From a bacterium (GTDB taxonomy: Bacteria > JAMCPX01), in contig JBBIVV010000026.1 in the NCBI GenBank assembly GCA_037439545.1, positions 1 to 31,113 of the forward strand: DNA of 31,113 bases, in the 5' to 3' direction. A model generated the notes under the pieces. The model saw nothing but the letters and a program-made list of their open reading frames with translations. It was not told the DNA's origin and did not search any database. How positions within the stretch are numbered: the stretch's first letter is position 1; every line of letters starts with the position of its first letter. Both the position numbers and the translations under genes were made by a program. Positions 16,758 through 26,692 of the stretch are shown piece after piece.

Positions 16758-17663
16758 ATGCTGCCCAGGATAATCTTATGGACAGTTTTAATCGTTCTTG
16801 TATTACCCTCGAGGGGCTTTTGCTGGGGGGCAATCTCGCATATCGATATTGCTACCGAGGTGTTGAATTTTTCACAATTACTTGTTCCACAGGTCATGGA
16901 CGTCATACGGAGTTTCCCGTACGATTACCTCTATGGCAACATTGGTGCTGATATAGTTATCGGCAAGAATTTTACCGAATATGAATACCACTGCCATAAC
17001 TGGCTTATAGCCGATCAGGTATTCAAATCAGCCTATAACGATCATCAGAAAGCTTTTGCATACGGATATATCAGCCATCTCGCATCGGATGTAATAGCCC
17101 ATAATTATTTCCTCCCCAGTATGATCATCACCATGTATAGAAAGAGAGTGTTCTCACATGCATACTGGGAAATGAGATTCGATAAACTGGTCAACGACAG
17201 GGCAGTGGCTACAGTAGGGAAAACCATTAAATTAAGACATAAGGATGATAACGAGCTCTTAAAGCACACACTCGAGAAAACACTGTTCTCCTTTTCTACG
17301 AATAAAAATATTTTCAACAGCATGATGCTTGTGAACAGGAAGAAGACCTTGAGGAGCGTTTTCAAAGGTTTCACTTCGGACAGGAGATGGCAGTTGTCGC
17401 AGCAGGAATTCAACAATTATAAAAGCTATGCCGTCGATGCAATATTTGATGTGCTCAATTCAGGCGATACGTCCTTTTATACGAGATTTGATCCCACCGG
17501 TTCTGAGATCATACAAATAGCGTCCGGCATACGGAAAGAACTGAACAGACTGCACAGGAGAAGAAAAATATCAGAAAAGGACATACGTGATATTGCACGC
17601 AGCATAGTGCCGGAACTTCCCGCCGGAGTATACTCGCACATGAAAAACATCAAGACAGGATGA
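16758..17663 (+). CDS. Zinc-dependent phospholipase C / P1-nuclease-fold family protein
   Basis: Signal-like MLPRIILWTVLIVLVLPSRGFC then WGAISH (N-terminal Trp/His Zn ligands), GNIGAD, HCHNW, GYISHLASDVIAHN, HAYWE. Start ATG 16758 chosen because the longer ORF overlaps the FmdB gene; start uncertain. Confidence 0.8.
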   Translation: MLPRIILWTVLIVLVLPSRGFCWGAISHIDIATEVLNFSQLLVPQVMDVIRSFPYDYLYGNIGADIVIGKNFTEYEYHCHNWLIADQVFKSAYNDHQKAFAYGYISHLASDVIAHNYFLPSMIITMYRKRVFSHAYWEMRFDKLVNDRAVATVGKTIKLRHKDDNELLKHTLEKTLFSFSTNKNIFNSMMLVNRKKTLRSVFKGFTSDRRWQLSQQEFNNYKSYAVDAIFDVLNSGDTSFYTRFDPTGSEIIQIASGIRKELNRLHRRRKISEKDIRDIARSIVPELPAGVYSHMKNIKTG

Positions 17664-17694
17664 CACCGGTCACCTCAAACTGCAATTTTTGGGA

Positions 17695-19152
17695 TCAATG
17701 CATCAATGACTGGATGGACTGCATGGTAAGGGACATGATACCTGAGGGCATAATGCCAAGCTGGATAACCCCCCACAAGGCTATAATGATACCTACGGAT
17801 ATACCCACGGTAACAGAGGTGCTTGTCTGCCTTTCGGGTTCTTCAAAGTACATGGCGTAGACGATTCGCAGATAATAATATAGTGAGATTACACTCGTTA
17901 AAATGCCGAAGATCGCAAGCCCCGTGTAACCATTCTTAATCGCAGAACTGAAGACATAAAACTTCGCCATAAATCCTGCTGTCGGAGGTATGCCCGCAAG
18001 CGACAGCATAAATACGGACATCACGAGACTCAATACCGGATGGTTTTTCGAAAGACCGCTGTAATCCGAAAGCTCATTCCCGGTACCGTCTTTTTTCTCG
18101 AGGTACGTGATTATTGCAAATGAACCCGTAATGGTGAATGTATAAGAGATTAAATAAAACAGAGCCGAGGACATACCATATGCATCTCCTGAAACAAGCC
18201 CCACGACAATATAGCCGGCATGGGCTATACTCGAGTATGCAAGCATACGTTTCACGTCCTTTTGTAAAACAGCGATAATATTGCCCGTGAACATAGTAAT
18301 TGTACTCAGCCACCACAGCGCCTCTGATACAGGTACATGGTATGAATTGAAAACAATGAGTACAAGTTTTATAATCGCAGCAAAGCTCGCTGCCTTGACC
18401 GCAGCGGCCATAAACCCTGTGACCGGTGCAGGCGCGCCCTGATATGCATCCGGTGTCCATGCATGAAACGGTACAAGTGCGACCTTGAAAGAGAATCCGA
18501 TAAGTATCAAAGCAACCCCTGCCATCATAATTATATTCATCATGGGATCCGGCCTGTCTGAGAGCGTTTTTGCAATAGTGTACATGTTTGTCGTCCCAAG
18601 CACGCTGTAAACAAGAGCTATACCGTAGAGCAGGAACGCCGTTGCAAAGGCACCGAGTATAAGGTATTTCATGGAACCTTCAAGACTTATCTGCCTTGAT
18701 TGTGTAAAGCCTGCAAGCGGATATATGGACAGGCTCATGAGCTCAAGTGCAAGTACGAGGACAATCAGATTCGTTGCTGAAACAAGAAACATCATGCCGA
18801 GAATCGAGCTTAGAATCAGGAGATAGAAATGCCCCGCTTCCGGCTCAACATCATCGACGTATTTTAAAGATACCAGTACCGTGATAAAACCGGCAATCAT
18901 GACGGTAATGGACAATAGGAGAGAAAAATCATCCGTTGAAATCATGTTTGAGAATGCAGCGATTTTTCCACCCCACAGAAAGAGAGAGGAGACAATGCCA
19001 AGTCCGAGCCCGAGGAGCGTAATGATACCTACAAGCCACTTTTTGGACGTGATAAATGCATCGAACATTGCAGACATAAAAATTGCTGCAACGATGATTA
19101 ACTGTGGAAGTATAGGAAAAATTACTGACGAATAATTAAGATTGCCGTACAT
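17695..19152 (-). CDS. nuoN: NADH-quinone oxidoreductase subunit N
   Basis: LELMSL, EGSMKYLILGA, FKVALVPFHAWTPDAYQGAP, KRMLAYSSIAHAGY, SLAGIPP; start moved to ATG 19152 just after the nuoM stop. Confidence 0.95.
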   Translation of the reverse strand: MYGNLNYSSVIFPILPQLIIVAAIFMSAMFDAFITSKKWLVGIITLLGLGLGIVSSLFLWGGKIAAFSNMISTDDFSLLLSITVMIAGFITVLVSLKYVDDVEPEAGHFYLLILSSILGMMFLVSATNLIVLVLALELMSLSIYPLAGFTQSRQISLEGSMKYLILGAFATAFLLYGIALVYSVLGTTNMYTIAKTLSDRPDPMMNIIMMAGVALILIGFSFKVALVPFHAWTPDAYQGAPAPVTGFMAAAVKAASFAAIIKLVLIVFNSYHVPVSEALWWLSTITMFTGNIIAVLQKDVKRMLAYSSIAHAGYIVVGLVSGDAYGMSSALFYLISYTFTITGSFAIITYLEKKDGTGNELSDYSGLSKNHPVLSLVMSVFMLSLAGIPPTAGFMAKFYVFSSAIKNGYTGLAIFGILTSVISLYYYLRIVYAMYFEEPERQTSTSVTVGISVGIIIALWGVIQLGIMPSGIMSLTMQSIQSLMH

Positions 19153-19153
19153 A

Positions 19154-20707
19154 TTATTTTTCCCTCTCTGGCATCTGTGATTGCTGCAGGATATTTCCTG
19201 CAGATGCCGGTTGTGACGGCTGCGGCTTAACGTACTGTATGTATGAGCTGCTTGCATTGTGTATTATCTTGAGGAATGGCTTTGGGTAAACGCCGATCCA
19301 TACGATCATAATAAGTATGGGTGCCATAACAATGATCTCCCTTATATTCAGGTCCTTTAACCCTGAGTTTGCCTCATTTGTTATCTTACCGAAGAATACT
19401 TTCTGATACGTCCTCAGCATATACACAGCGCCGAGGATTACCCCTGTACCTGCAAAAACAGCGTAGAGAGGATTTGCAAAAAATGAACCTATCAGTATAA
19501 GGAACTCACCTATAAATCCATTTAATCCCGGCAACCCAATCGAGGAGAGTGTAACAATCATAAATATGGTTGCAAATACGGGCATTACCTTCGCAATGCC
19601 GCCGAATTGAGAGATCTCCCTTGTATGCCGGCGCTCGTAAAGCATACCGACGAGTAAGAATAAGGCACCGGTAGACAGCCCGTGGTTGATCATCTGAAGT
19701 ACGCCGCCATCCACACCCTGAATGTTCAGTGTCATGAGTCCGAGTATGACAAATCCAAGATGGCTGACTGATGAATAGGCGACCAGTTTCTTTATGTCGG
19801 GCTGCATCATAGCAACAAGGGCACCGTAAATAATGCCTATAATTGCAAGCAGTGCAATATAAGGAAGAAGTGCATTTGCCGCAACAGGGAACAGCGGCAT
19901 TGCAAGTCTCATGTATCCATACGTACCCATCTTCAATAAAACACCTGCAAGGATTACACTGCCTCCTGTCGGTGCTTCAACGTGTGCATCAGGCAGCCAC
20001 GTATGGAACGGGAACAAGGGTACTTTTATTGCAAATGACAGGGCAAAAGCAGCGAAGAGCCACGCCTGTACATGGAGCGGGAGTGAAATGCCGTACAGTT
20101 TGAGGAGATCAAAGGTATAGGTGCCTGTCTGTGCACCATATGCAAAATAAAGATATATGATTGCAACAAGCATGAGCAGGCTGCCGAACATTGTATATAT
20201 GAAGAACTTAACGGCAGCATATATACGCCGTGGTCCGCCCCATATGCCGATAATAAGGTACATGGGTATCAGCATTGCTTCCCAGAACACGTAAAACAGG
20301 ATCAGATCGAGTGATGCAAATACGCCTATCATACCTGCTTCAAGAACCATGAACCATAAAAAGTATTCCTTCTCCCTTTGCTTTATGTAGGTCCATGAAC
20401 CAAGTAAAACGAGCGGTGTAAGGAATGTCGTGAGCAAGATCAGTAAAAGGCTTAACCCATCAATACCAATGTGGTAGTTTATATTATAAACCGGAATCCA
20501 TGAATATTTCTCTACAAACTGCATACTTGTGATTGAAGAATCGAACCATAGCACCAAAAACAGCGACACGATAAATTCCAAGACAGTCAGTATCAGTGTA
20601 AACCATTTTATGGCAGACTTATTGTCTTTATTTATGAATGCACCGGCAAGTACACCGGCCAGCGGCAAAAATATTATAATTGAGAGTATATTTTCTTTAA
20701 ATCCCAT
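19154..20707 (-). CDS. nuoM: NADH-quinone oxidoreductase subunit M
   Basis: FYVFWEAMLIPMY, IKVPLFPFHTWLPDAHVEAP, LLKMGTYG, KKLVAYSSVSH. Confidence 0.97.
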   Translation of the reverse strand: MGFKENILSIIIFLPLAGVLAGAFINKDNKSAIKWFTLILTVLEFIVSLFLVLWFDSSITSMQFVEKYSWIPVYNINYHIGIDGLSLLLILLTTFLTPLVLLGSWTYIKQREKEYFLWFMVLEAGMIGVFASLDLILFYVFWEAMLIPMYLIIGIWGGPRRIYAAVKFFIYTMFGSLLMLVAIIYLYFAYGAQTGTYTFDLLKLYGISLPLHVQAWLFAAFALSFAIKVPLFPFHTWLPDAHVEAPTGGSVILAGVLLKMGTYGYMRLAMPLFPVAANALLPYIALLAIIGIIYGALVAMMQPDIKKLVAYSSVSHLGFVILGLMTLNIQGVDGGVLQMINHGLSTGALFLLVGMLYERRHTREISQFGGIAKVMPVFATIFMIVTLSSIGLPGLNGFIGEFLILIGSFFANPLYAVFAGTGVILGAVYMLRTYQKVFFGKITNEANSGLKDLNIREIIVMAPILIMIVWIGVYPKPFLKIIHNASSSYIQYVKPQPSQPASAGNILQQSQMPEREK

Positions 20708-20713
20708 TTTGTC

Positions 20714-22651
20714 CTACCTCAGCACAAAGTACGCTACTATCGAGAACACACCTATTAGAAAAATCAGCACGTATGCCTGAAAATCGCCCGTTTGAATTTT
20801 TCTCAGCCTCGTTGATGCCCATTTTGTAACATATGCTGAACCATTGACCGCACCATCCACGATCCACACATCGAAGAACCTCCACAGGAAAAATTCCGAA
20901 ATCCACATCAAAGGCTTTATTATAACTGTATTGTATATCTCATCGACATAGTATTTATTGAGCAATAGATTGTACAGTCCCGGAAGTGTCTGTACCGTGC
21001 TCACTGCCGGCTTCATTTTTGCTTTGAGATAAATATACCACGCAGCAAAAACGCCCGCAAATGCCATCGCAATCGAGGCAATCATAAGTATCGACTCTGT
21101 CGAAACAGGCATTTCATGCCCGGTTGCCGAACTGAAGACTGGCGCAAGGTAATTCGTAAATATATCAGAACCATGCCATCCGATAAGATTGCCGAGCAGC
21201 TGCGGAACACCGATGTAGCCTCCAAGGACCGACAGCACGGCAAGAATTATAAGCGGTACCGTCATAATCTTCGGGGATTCATGGATATGTCCGGCAGTAT
21301 GCTTGTCAACCCTGCTCTCACCATAAAATGTCATATAAACGAGCCTGAATATATAAAATGCGGTCAGGAGGGCTGTGATGAATCCGAGCAGCCAGATTCC
21401 GGTATGTCCTGATGCGTAGGCCGCAGCAAGAATACTATCTTTACTGAAAAAGCCTGCCAGTCCCGGAATACCTGAAATCGCAAGAGCTGCTGCAAGAAAT
21501 ACTGCATGGGTCACAGGGATCTTATTCTTGAGCCCGCCCATTTTCCTAATGTCCTGTTCTCCTGAAAGCGCATGGATCACGCTGCCGGCCCCGAGGAACA
21601 GAAGTGCCTTAAAAAAGGCATGCGTCATAAGGTGGAAAATACCCGCACTGAATGCTCCGACACCGACTCCAATGAACATATATCCAAGCTGACTGATCGT
21701 TGAATAAGCAAGTACCTTCTTTATATCGTTCTGGACAAGTCCGATGGTTGCCGCATACAGGGCCGTAAGTCCGCCCACAATTGCGACGACTTCAAGCGCC
21801 GTTGGAGCAAGCACATAGAGAAAGTTCATCCTCGCTATCATATAAACACCTGCAGTAACCATTGTTGCGGCGTGGATCAAAGCACTGACAGGAGTCGGAC
21901 CTTCCATAGCATCAGGTAGCCAGACATAAAGGGGTAATTGCGCCGATTTACCTGTTGCACCTATAAAAAGAAGAATACCGACGATGGTGAGCACGTGCGC
22001 AGGGACCAGCGATATTTGCTGTGCCATCATGGCAAAATCAAGCGTAAGCACGCCTTTTGATGCAAGTGAGGATGCAAGAAGAAAGACGCCGAGAAGGAAT
22101 GCATAGTCTCCCACCCTGTTTGTTATAAATGCCTTCTTGCCTGCATTTGCCGCCGAGTCCTTCTCATACCAGAATCCTATGAGAAGATAGGAGCATAACC
22201 CGACACCTTCCCAGCCCACGAACATCAATATTATGTTCGATGAAAGCACGAGGAGTAACATAGAGAACATAAACAGGTTAAGGTATGCAAAGTATCTTGC
22301 ATAACTCTTATCCTCATGCATGTAACCCACGGAATATATGTGTATTAAAAACCCGACACCGGTAACGATTAGCAGCATAACGGATGTAAGGGGATCGATC
22401 ATCAGCTTAAAATCTATCGTAAGACTGCCGGAACTGATCCATGTGTACACCGTATCTGTTATAAGCCGTGCATTCTCCGGTTGTGAAATCAAGGTAAGAA
22501 AAAGATACACAACAGTCGCGAAGCTTAAAAACACCGCTGTGTTCGCAACCAGGCCAACTGCTTTGTGACTCATCTTTTTTCCTGCAATACCGTTTATCAA
22601 AAACCCGAGCAGGGGAAATAGTAAGATATATCTTACAATATTCAGTTCCAT
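20714..22651 (-). CDS. nuoL: NADH-quinone oxidoreductase subunit L
   Basis: GWEGVG, GKSAQLPLYVWLPDAMEGPTPVSALIHAATMV, HAFFKALLFL. Confidence 0.97.
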   Translation of the reverse strand: MELNIVRYILLFPLLGFLINGIAGKKMSHKAVGLVANTAVFLSFATVVYLFLTLISQPENARLITDTVYTWISSGSLTIDFKLMIDPLTSVMLLIVTGVGFLIHIYSVGYMHEDKSYARYFAYLNLFMFSMLLLVLSSNIILMFVGWEGVGLCSYLLIGFWYEKDSAANAGKKAFITNRVGDYAFLLGVFLLASSLASKGVLTLDFAMMAQQISLVPAHVLTIVGILLFIGATGKSAQLPLYVWLPDAMEGPTPVSALIHAATMVTAGVYMIARMNFLYVLAPTALEVVAIVGGLTALYAATIGLVQNDIKKVLAYSTISQLGYMFIGVGVGAFSAGIFHLMTHAFFKALLFLGAGSVIHALSGEQDIRKMGGLKNKIPVTHAVFLAAALAISGIPGLAGFFSKDSILAAAYASGHTGIWLLGFITALLTAFYIFRLVYMTFYGESRVDKHTAGHIHESPKIMTVPLIILAVLSVLGGYIGVPQLLGNLIGWHGSDIFTNYLAPVFSSATGHEMPVSTESILMIASIAMAFAGVFAAWYIYLKAKMKPAVSTVQTLPGLYNLLLNKYYVDEIYNTVIIKPLMWISEFFLWRFFDVWIVDGAVNGSAYVTKWASTRLRKIQTGDFQAYVLIFLIGVFSIVAYFVLR

Positions 22652-22655
22652 CCCA

Positions 22656-22955
22656 TCACCATTTAAGTTTCTTCAGATCGTCTATTTTAACTATACCAAG
22701 TGATTTGAATATCCTAACGACCAATGCAAGCGCTATTGCCGTTTCTGCGGCTGCTATGGTTATGACCATAATCACAAAGATCTGTCCATCCAGAGTATGC
22801 ATGTATTTTGAAGCAGATATAAAAAGTACGTTCACTGCATTGAGCATAAGCTCAAGGGATATAAGAACGACAATAATATTGCGTCTCATGGCAACACCGA
22901 TCATACCTATGCTGAAAAGTACGAAGCTTAAGATAATAAGAAACTGATAGCTCAT
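22656..22955 (-). CDS. nuoK: NADH-quinone oxidoreductase subunit K
   Basis: RRN, ELMLNA, AAAETAIALA; 3 TM segments; operon position. Confidence 0.95.
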   Translation of the reverse strand: MSYQFLIILSFVLFSIGMIGVAMRRNIIVVLISLELMLNAVNVLFISASKYMHTLDGQIFVIMVITIAAAETAIALALVVRIFKSLGIVKIDDLKKLKW

Positions 22956-23455
22956 GATCCCTTCCCTTTCCTGATAAAGGTGATTGCACCGAACACGCCT
23001 GCAAGAAGTACGAATGAGGCAAGCTCAAAAGGAAGCAGATAATTTCTCATCAGGTTAAAGCCTATATTTTCTGCAGAGCCAAACCCCCTTATGGTAAATC
23101 CTTCAGGCATCCTGAGAACGCCCCTTGCCATATAAAAGCCTATAAGAAGGATAAGCATTATCAGCAGATAAGATATGATGGTTGACGGCTTATATCTCAC
23201 AGGAGAGACTGCGGACTTGTTGAGATCGAACATCATGATGATAAACAAAAACATTACGAGCATTGCACCTACATATATGATTATCTGAACAGCTGCTATA
23301 AACGGGGCACCGAGGATTACGAACAGCAGGGCTGTAAAAAAGAACGAAATACCCATTGCCATGGCACTGTAAACCGGATTATTTGCAAAAACAGCGTATG
23401 CGTATGTAATGATGAGAAAGACTGACACCGTGTAAAGAAGTATATTGTCGATCAT
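22952..23455 (-). CDS. nuoJ: NADH-quinone oxidoreductase subunit J
   Basis: NPVYSA, QIIIYVGAMLVMFLF, YLLPFELAS. Confidence 0.95.
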   Translation of the reverse strand: MIDNILLYTVSVFLIITYAYAVFANNPVYSAMAMGISFFFTALLFVILGAPFIAAVQIIIYVGAMLVMFLFIIMMFDLNKSAVSPVRYKPSTIISYLLIMLILLIGFYMARGVLRMPEGFTIRGFGSAENIGFNLMRNYLLPFELASFVLLAGVFGAITFIRKGKGS

Positions 23456-23976
23456 TTTATCACTGTCCTCAAATCTTTTTTTTGCAGAACAAGATCAGGC
23501 CTCTGCTTTGCTACGAGACTGTAAAACGACGTCATGGTAATTGCATTTTCAGGACAGGCTTCCACACAATAACCGCAATAAGCACATCGTGTCAGGTCGA
23601 CCTCGAATATTTTCGGGCTTCTTTCTTTCCTCGGATCAGGCGATTCTTCCGGTTCGATATAGATGGCAAAGAACGGGCATACGGTTTCGCACATCTTGCA
23701 TGCAACGCACCTGCCGAGATCACCGTCGACGAGCAGCGCGTGTTTTCCTCTGTAGTTCATTTCAACTTCTACTCTGTCTATAAGCTGTTGTGCATCCTTA
23801 TCCATCACCTTTATGGTTTTCTGCGTATTGCCGAGGATATGAAGTTTTTCTTCCGGATAATTTATCGCGAACTTGTTTTTCCTGAAGAGATGCTTGAGTG
23901 TTACACCAAGCCCCTTCAGTATCTCTACAAGATATACGGCTTCTTTTAATGTATATTTTTTCTTTTTGATGTCCAT
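23452..23976 (-). CDS. nuoI: NADH-quinone oxidoreductase subunit I
   Basis: YPEEK, CVACKMCETVCP and CAYCGYCVEACP; start moved to ATG 23976 just after the nuoH stop. Confidence 0.93.
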   Translation of the reverse strand: MDIKKKKYTLKEAVYLVEILKGLGVTLKHLFRKNKFAINYPEEKLHILGNTQKTIKVMDKDAQQLIDRVEVEMNYRGKHALLVDGDLGRCVACKMCETVCPFFAIYIEPEESPDPRKERSPKIFEVDLTRCAYCGYCVEACPENAITMTSFYSLVAKQRPDLVLQKKDLRTVIK

Positions 23977-23978
23977 GG

Positions 23979-25058
23979 TTAAATGACCCTCAACACCATA
24001 AGAACGCCTGTTATAATAATGTTCAAGATTCCGAGCGGTACAAGGACCTTCCATCCAAGATCCGTCAGTTGATCGAACCTGAATCTCGGAAGGGTCCATC
24101 TCACCCATAAGAAGAAAAACAGGAAGAACCCCACTTTTATTGCAAAAGAAACTATCCCTATGACAGCTATGACCCACTGCGCCACATGCAGCATGCCTAT
24201 CCCTGGTACGATGAAACCGACGTTGTGAAGATAGGGAACCTGCCATCCTCCAAAATAGAGCGTTACCAGAAGTGCCGATGCGGTAATCATATTTGCGTAT
24301 TCACCCATAAAGAAGAATGCAAACTTCATACTTGAATATTCCGTGTGATAACCGCCGACGAGTTCCGATTCTGCCTCGGGAAGGTCGAACGGCACTCTGT
24401 TTGTTTCTGCGAATACACTCACGAGAAAGATTATAAAACCAAGCGGCTGAACGAGTATGCCCCATTTTGGTATAACGCCGAGCCATAAATTCCCCTGATA
24501 CTGTGCGATAGTGTCCAGTTTTAGCGAGCCGTAGACCATCAGGATCCCGATAACGGCGAGTCCCATCGAAATTTCATAGCTGATAAACTGCGATGCAGAC
24601 CTCAAACCTCCAAGCAAAGAATACTTGTTGTTCGATGCCCATCCTCCTATGATGATTCCAAAGATGCCCATTGAGGCAATGGCAAAAATATAAAGTATAC
24701 CGATATCAAAGTTTGCTATTTGAAAATTAATAATCCTGCCTGACAAAAACAGATCATGTCCAAATGGGACAACGGCAAAGGTGAGCATTGCGGGAACGAT
24801 GGCTATAATGGGAGCAAGTATATAGAGTATCTTGTTTGCTTCGAGAGGTATTATATCCTCTTTCATGATAAACTTTATGCCGTCTGCCAAAGGCTGGAAC
24901 AGACCGAAAGGCCCGACCCTGTTTGGCCCGAGTCTGTCCTGCATGAATGCGCTTACACGTCTCTCTGCAAGCGTCAGAAAGGCGACGGTCGTAATGAGCA
25001 CTGCAAATACGATCAAACTCATGAACGCATAAATACCTATCGTTAAATAATCTACCAT
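23979..25058 (-). CDS. nuoH: NADH-quinone oxidoreductase subunit H
   Basis: ERRVSAFMQDRLGPNRVG, AETNRVPFDLPEAESELVGGYHTEYS, LPRFRFDQL. Confidence 0.97.
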   Translation of the reverse strand: MVDYLTIGIYAFMSLIVFAVLITTVAFLTLAERRVSAFMQDRLGPNRVGPFGLFQPLADGIKFIMKEDIIPLEANKILYILAPIIAIVPAMLTFAVVPFGHDLFLSGRIINFQIANFDIGILYIFAIASMGIFGIIIGGWASNNKYSLLGGLRSASQFISYEISMGLAVIGILMVYGSLKLDTIAQYQGNLWLGVIPKWGILVQPLGFIIFLVSVFAETNRVPFDLPEAESELVGGYHTEYSSMKFAFFFMGEYANMITASALLVTLYFGGWQVPYLHNVGFIVPGIGMLHVAQWVIAVIGIVSFAIKVGFFLFFFLWVRWTLPRFRFDQLTDLGWKVLVPLGILNIIITGVLMVLRVI

Positions 25059-26686
25059 AAACGCCCCGCTGCCTTTTTAAGGCTCATCCCGTCGGTTAAT
25101 TTGTCATAATCAGCACTGTTAAAAAATGATATGTCTTTCATAATGACACCCAGTACCTGATCAAAACTACCGAGCCTTTTCCCAGTTATGCTGTAAATGA
25201 TTTCTGTCAATATATCAAGATCGTTCTTGACATTATCCGGTGCTTGCACAGCCTTCCTCAATCTCTGGACCTTACCGTCCTCGTTCGTATACGTGCCGTC
25301 TTTTTGTGCAAAATTCATCCCTGCAAGGACAACATGGGCTTTATCTGTTGTTTGAGAAGTTTTAAAGTCCTGAACAACGACATAGTTTATGGTACTCAGT
25401 TTTTCAGCATACGCATCCATCCGGCCAAAGGATGGACCAAGAATATAAACCATCTCGGGTTTTGCTGAAAGCAATTCATCTACGCCGATGATCGTTACCC
25501 CCAATGCCTTTGCGATTTGTCCGATACCGTTCAGGTTTGGTACCTGTATGCCTTTACGGAGCTTGAGTTTCGTCTTACCGCTGAACTCTTTTGCCTCCTG
25601 AAACTCTATGACGGCAATTTTCTGGCTGCCGGCAACATGCTTTAAAAGGTACAACATTGCATAAGCCTCTTCATTTGTCGCAAATGGTGAGATAATACCC
25701 GCGGTCTTCGCGCCGGACTGTTTTATCCTCTGAGCAACAAGAGCTGATATGCTATCCCATGTGTCATTACCCGGCTCAAGCCTGTTTTTATGACCTTCGA
25801 TAAGTTTACCTTCTATGAGCTTTTTGTATCCAAACCTTCCCTCATCACAGATAAATGAACTTCTTAAAATAGCGTCTATTAATGGTTTTGGATAGAGAGC
25901 TGCAACATCCCTGCTGGGATTATTCTGTACACTTGTCGTAAGCGGATTGCGCGATCGTATTCTATAAACAGTTGTCTTTTTCGTATCAATATATATCAAG
26001 CATCCTGCTTCACACAAGGGACAGATCGACTCTGTCGTTCTCAGGTTGAAAACCCTTTCCTTGAACCTGAAATCCTTTGTAGTCAATGCTCCTACAGGGC
26101 ATATATCCGCTATATTGCCGATATATCCATAATCCAATTGCTTGCCCGGGAATGTCGTTATCTCCGAATGGGCGCCCCTTTCCATGACCGCGAGTTCCTC
26201 GGTGCCGACGATATCCCGGTAATATCGTACGCATCTCTCGCACATGATGCACCGTTCGGGGTCATAGGCTATATGCTCACTTAACGGTATATGCTCTCTG
26301 AGTTCCTTCGGTTCCCGGAAAACACTCTTGTCCGGTCCGTATTTATGGGAGTATTCCTGCAAAACGCACTCGCCTGCCTGATCGCAGTCCGGACAGTCGA
26401 GCGGATGATTTGTAAGTATAAATTCAAGTATGGCGCTCCGTGCCTGTTTTACCCTGTCCGTAGCCGTTTTTACAACCATGCCTTCAGTGGCGACCGTTGT
26501 GCACGATGTCTGAAGCTTGGGCATTTTCTCTATCTCGACGAGGCACATCCTGCACAGTCCGCCGCTCTTGAATGATTCGTGATAGCAGAAATGCGGTATC
26601 TCGACACCGTTCGAGCGTGCTGCTTCAAGCACTGTGGTACCCTGTTCAACCGTTATTTTTTTACCATCTATTTCAAAAGTCGGCAT
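25052..26686 (-). CDS. nuoG: NADH-quinone oxidoreductase subunit G (short, 544 aa)
   Basis: PHFCYH...CRMC...TSC (N1b), HPLDCPDCDQAGEC (N5), CIMCERC...CPVGAL (N4), CPLCEAGC...ICDEGRF (N7-type), GTYTNEDGKVQR. Confidence 0.92.
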   Translation of the reverse strand: MPTFEIDGKKITVEQGTTVLEAARSNGVEIPHFCYHESFKSGGLCRMCLVEIEKMPKLQTSCTTVATEGMVVKTATDRVKQARSAILEFILTNHPLDCPDCDQAGECVLQEYSHKYGPDKSVFREPKELREHIPLSEHIAYDPERCIMCERCVRYYRDIVGTEELAVMERGAHSEITTFPGKQLDYGYIGNIADICPVGALTTKDFRFKERVFNLRTTESICPLCEAGCLIYIDTKKTTVYRIRSRNPLTTSVQNNPSRDVAALYPKPLIDAILRSSFICDEGRFGYKKLIEGKLIEGHKNRLEPGNDTWDSISALVAQRIKQSGAKTAGIISPFATNEEAYAMLYLLKHVAGSQKIAVIEFQEAKEFSGKTKLKLRKGIQVPNLNGIGQIAKALGVTIIGVDELLSAKPEMVYILGPSFGRMDAYAEKLSTINYVVVQDFKTSQTTDKAHVVLAGMNFAQKDGTYTNEDGKVQRLRKAVQAPDNVKNDLDILTEIIYSITGKRLGSFDQVLGVIMKDISFFNSADYDKLTDGMSLKKAAGRLW

Positions 26687-26692
26687 ATAGCA

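Noticed and set aside
17660..17860. 66-aa ORF whose ATG overlaps the PLC-like gene stop (ATGA)
   Set aside because: Almost entirely antisense to the nuoN 3' end and no recognisable family; the overlap is probably chance
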